Source: an uncultured Spirochaetota bacterium (GTDB lineage Bacteria; Spirochaetota; Spirochaetia; SZUA-6; Fen-1364). Taken from it: a stretch of DNA of 64,000 bases. Position numbers and translations under genes: made by a program. Where the stretch lies: NCBI GenBank assembly GCA_963781885.1, contig CAWAHW010000005.1:96001-160000 (forward strand), read 5' to 3'. Positions within the stretch are counted from its first letter, which is position 1; every line of letters begins with the position of its first letter. The notes beneath the pieces were generated by a model. The model saw nothing but the letters and a program-made list of their open reading frames with translations, made no database searches and was not told the DNA's origin. Shown one piece after another: positions 61,310 to 64,000 of the stretch.

Positions 61310-62368
61310 TCATTTTCGCGGAATGGTATCTAGATTCTCCATCCCCATCGACAATCTGCCGGCTTCGATTTCGTGCACCAATACCGTGAGGCGGGCATTG
61401 ACAGGCGTCGGTACGCCCAATTCGCGGCCGCGTCCCACGATGTAGCCGTTCAGGTGGTCGATCTCCGTGGGTTGCCCGCGGTCCAGTGACTGCAGCGTCG
61501 ACGGCCGCGACGTTCCCGAGAACTTCCCGATGGCCAGCATGAACAGTTCCCGTTTCAGCTTTGCTGCCGCTCCCGAGCCCGCAAGGAAGCGATGGAAATC
61601 GAGAATGCCGAAGAAAGGCTCCACCGTGAGGCCCGCGGCATCTGCCACCGCGACCGCCTCCCGCATGACAGCGACGAAAATTTCGCGGCCGGGCCGGCTC
61701 GTGATGATCTCCCGGACCGTCTTGTTTGCGACGGCGCACATGGCGTTGAAGCAGGAGTTCAAAATGAGCTTTGCATAAAGATCGCCATAGATGTTGCGGG
61801 AAACCCGGGTCGGCATGACGTGTCCAAGCGCGTTCTTCAACTCGGCAAAAAGGGGCGTCCCCGTTGATGCAATCGGTCCGATGACGAACCGTCCACGCGA
61901 CGTGACCTCCACCAAATCATGATCGTGCAGGGTGGCGCCCCACCCGATGACGCACCCGATGACGCGCTCGCGGCCGACCACTTCGGCCAACGCGTCCACG
62001 AAGATTCCGTTCTGAAGAGATACGAGAAGGCCTTCCGGGGCCATGAATGGAGCTACCGCCCGCGCTGGTCCGAGCGCATCCCCAGCTTTTGTCGCCAAGA
62101 GCACAAGGTCCTTCGGCCCGGAAAGGTTCTCAACCCCGACAACAGCCTTCAACGGCACGGTGAAGCGTCCCCGTGCCCCGGTGATCCGCATGCCGCTGCT
62201 CGCGAGCCTGCTGGCAACCGGGGAGGTCCGGCACACCACCTCGACGTCGCACCCCGCCTTGGTGAGAAACGCGGCCGTCACACCGCCGATGCTGCCGGGG
62301 CCAATAAGGGCGATTCGCAGGTGCTTCAGCTTCCGGACACTTGTCGAATAAGATGGATCCATCCGCAT
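61310..62368 (-). CDS. panE: Ketopantoate reductase family protein (start uncertain)
   Basis: IALIGPGSIGG, LLATKA, SLQNG, KLILN, STLQ....G..TEID.LNG. Confidence 0.85.
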   Translation of the reverse strand: MRMDPSYSTSVRKLKHLRIALIGPGSIGGVTAAFLTKAGCDVEVVCRTSPVASRLASSGMRITGARGRFTVPLKAVVGVENLSGPKDLVLLATKAGDALGPARAVAPFMAPEGLLVSLQNGIFVDALAEVVGRERVIGCVIGWGATLHDHDLVEVTSRGRFVIGPIASTGTPLFAELKNALGHVMPTRVSRNIYGDLYAKLILNSCFNAMCAVANKTVREIITSRPGREIFVAVMREAVAVADAAGLTVEPFFGILDFHRFLAGSGAAAKLKRELFMLAIGKFSGTSRPSTLQSLDRGQPTEIDHLNGYIVGRGRELGVPTPVNARLTVLVHEIEAGRLSMGMENLDTIPRK

Positions 62369-62378
62369 CCATTTCGGC

Positions 62379-63194
62379 TCACGGGAAGTAATACTTGAAT
62401 ATGATGCTGACCTCACGATCGGTCAACTTGATTCCCTGCATCTTTAGTCGGGCCTCGGCCTCTGCGATTGTGAGCGAAGGAGAGTCACGCTTCAGTTCTA
62501 GGATTCTCGAGATTCCGGCCCGGGGGATTGGCGTGGGGAAAAAGAGCCACTGGATGTTCTCCCGTGTCATCGCTGCATACCGGAGAGCGTCCACCTGGGC
62601 GGAAAGAGTGTCCAGCGTGGCCTGCATGCCGGCGATGGCGGTCTGGGATTGATCGATGCGCGAGAGGAGATACGCGACGTCGCTGCGCTGCAGGTAGGCG
62701 GTGGGGTTGGCGAGCGCATCGGCGATCTTCTTCTCCACTTCCTCCTCCCCCACATAGTGCCCGCTCACACGCATGAAAAGATTGTCTTTTGTGACCCTGA
62801 AGTCGTATTGAAGATCGAGCGCGCTGGTGTAGGAAAAAAAGAAGCCCGCCGGCACAAATGACCGCGCGTCGTTTCCTCCGATTTCCAAACGTTCGGGTAT
62901 GAGAAGCGCCTCAATCAAAGTCCCTGTGATCGTAAATCGCAGGGAGCCGATCGTGACGTTCCGCCAGGAAAAGAAGATGTCTTTCAGCTTCGAAATCTGT
63001 GCAGCCGTCTCAGGAGACGGATCCTCCTTGACGCTCACCGTATACGTCCTGCCTGCGGAATCCCTCAGCGCGACCGCGGTTCGATCGCCCTCGGATGAGC
63101 TTGACACAACGGTCGCGTCAAATGTCGCGCTATCCAGGGCATACGCGCCCCACGTAAGGGCAAAGAGACACGCTACAAGTGCAGGCCTTCTCAT
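62379..63194 (-). CDS. Secreted hypothetical protein
   Basis: Signal peptide; overlaps upstream stop codon; coiled-coil segment. Confidence 0.65.
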   Translation of the reverse strand: MRRPALVACLFALTWGAYALDSATFDATVVSSSSEGDRTAVALRDSAGRTYTVSVKEDPSPETAAQISKLKDIFFSWRNVTIGSLRFTITGTLIEALLIPERLEIGGNDARSFVPAGFFFSYTSALDLQYDFRVTKDNLFMRVSGHYVGEEEVEKKIADALANPTAYLQRSDVAYLLSRIDQSQTAIAGMQATLDTLSAQVDALRYAAMTRENIQWLFFPTPIPRAGISRILELKRDSPSLTIAEAEARLKMQGIKLTDREVSIIFKYYFP

Positions 63195-64000
63195 TTCCCT
63201 TCCTTCTTCTTGATCAGGAATTTGTCAAAAGGTTGAAACTGCTTGCCCGGCGCCACCATTACCTCGCGAGCGCTGATTCCGACTGCGGTCACAGAGAAGA
63301 GGATTGTACCGATGTACTCGTCGTCCGCCCTGAACACGAGCCCCTGGTCCCCGTCGGCCACCGGAGAACTGGAGCTCACAAAGGGGACGATCCGCTGCGA
63401 ATCGCGGACGTCCACCAGGAAGCCGTTTTCCCGGATCTGCCTCGCGTAATACTGGAAAGCGGCCTGATCCTGGCCCACTATCGAGCTCAGCCGCGCGATC
63501 TGGGCTGTGTCGGCGTGAATCTGCTGCAGGAGCCTGCCGCTAATGTCTTCATACGAGTGAATGAGCGAGCGGTCGAAGTAATCAAGGTGAGCAAGCGCGG
63601 AGGGAACGGAGTTTTGATAGGGAATCGATTTGATGCGGGCGTAAAGAGCGGCCCGGCCTTGAAGCGCGTCCCGCATGCTTGCGAGGGCATTCGTCGTGCT
63701 GTATCCGTCCGTTACGAGCTGCGACGCCATTTCGGAAAACGTGGAGGAAATGCTGGGGTCGATGGGCGCGGACAGGAGAGCCTTCAGTGCGTCAGTCGTG
63801 AACACCGGGTTGTACATGAGGACGAGCGCGGCGATTTCTCTCTTCTTTGCGTCGTCCATGGCCCTGACCACTCGGGCCTGGTTCTCCTTCAATGCCGCGA
63901 TTTCCTGCTGATGCGCGTCGGAGAGCTCTTTCAGCTTGGTTTCGTAGTAGGACTTGGTCTGCGCGAGCTCGATGTCGTTCAGGCGCTGTTGGTTGTTGAT
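63191..64000 (-). CDS. Hypothetical coiled-coil protein, 5' end outside window
   Basis: Frame of ORF 63191..63892 stays open to the window edge. Confidence 0.6.
   Translation of the reverse strand: MNNQQRLNDIELAQTKSYYETKLKELSDAHQQEIAALKENQARVVRAMDDAKKREIAALVLMYNPVFTTDALKALLSAPIDPSISSTFSEMASQLVTDGYSTTNALASMRDALQGRAALYARIKSIPYQNSVPSALAHLDYFDRSLIHSYEDISGRLLQQIHADTAQIARLSSIVGQDQAAFQYYARQIRENGFLVDVRDSQRIVPFVSSSSPVADGDQGLVFRADDEYIGTILFSVTAVGISAREVMVAPGKQFQPFDKFLIKKKEGK

Overview
High-GC (about 65% by eye) chromosomal segment, most likely from a member of Spirochaetota (inferred from gene order: rpsB-tsf-frr-uppS-cdsA-rseP without pyrH; spoVG-tRNA-Gln-rplY-pth-tilS-ftsH; orphan EF-G2-like fusA; type-2 IleRS; CheX). 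It is mostly translation and replication housekeeping genes plus 3 tRNAs (Arg-CCG, Gln-TTG, Asp-GTC). The accessory part (about 13.5-25.6 kb) carries a Thermococcales-like HypA plus Mrp/MinD-type ATPase pair and a long integron-integrase-family gene. The integrase keeps its catalytic residues but has a degenerate integron-specific segment and no recognisable attC sites, and is followed by five cargo-like genes ending at tRNA-Arg. Other notable signals: a dispersed structured repeat family with covarying hairpins, at least five apparently leaderless genes, a hyper-acidic protein with its own promoter, and absence of dxr and ispE from their usual slots. About ten single-base indels break genes in the first 30 kb (including essential argS, rpsB and cdsA) and are best read as sequencing or assembly errors. 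All calls are from visual motif recognition; no database search was run. I did not find an unambiguous novel multi-gene system; the best candidates are listed as findings.
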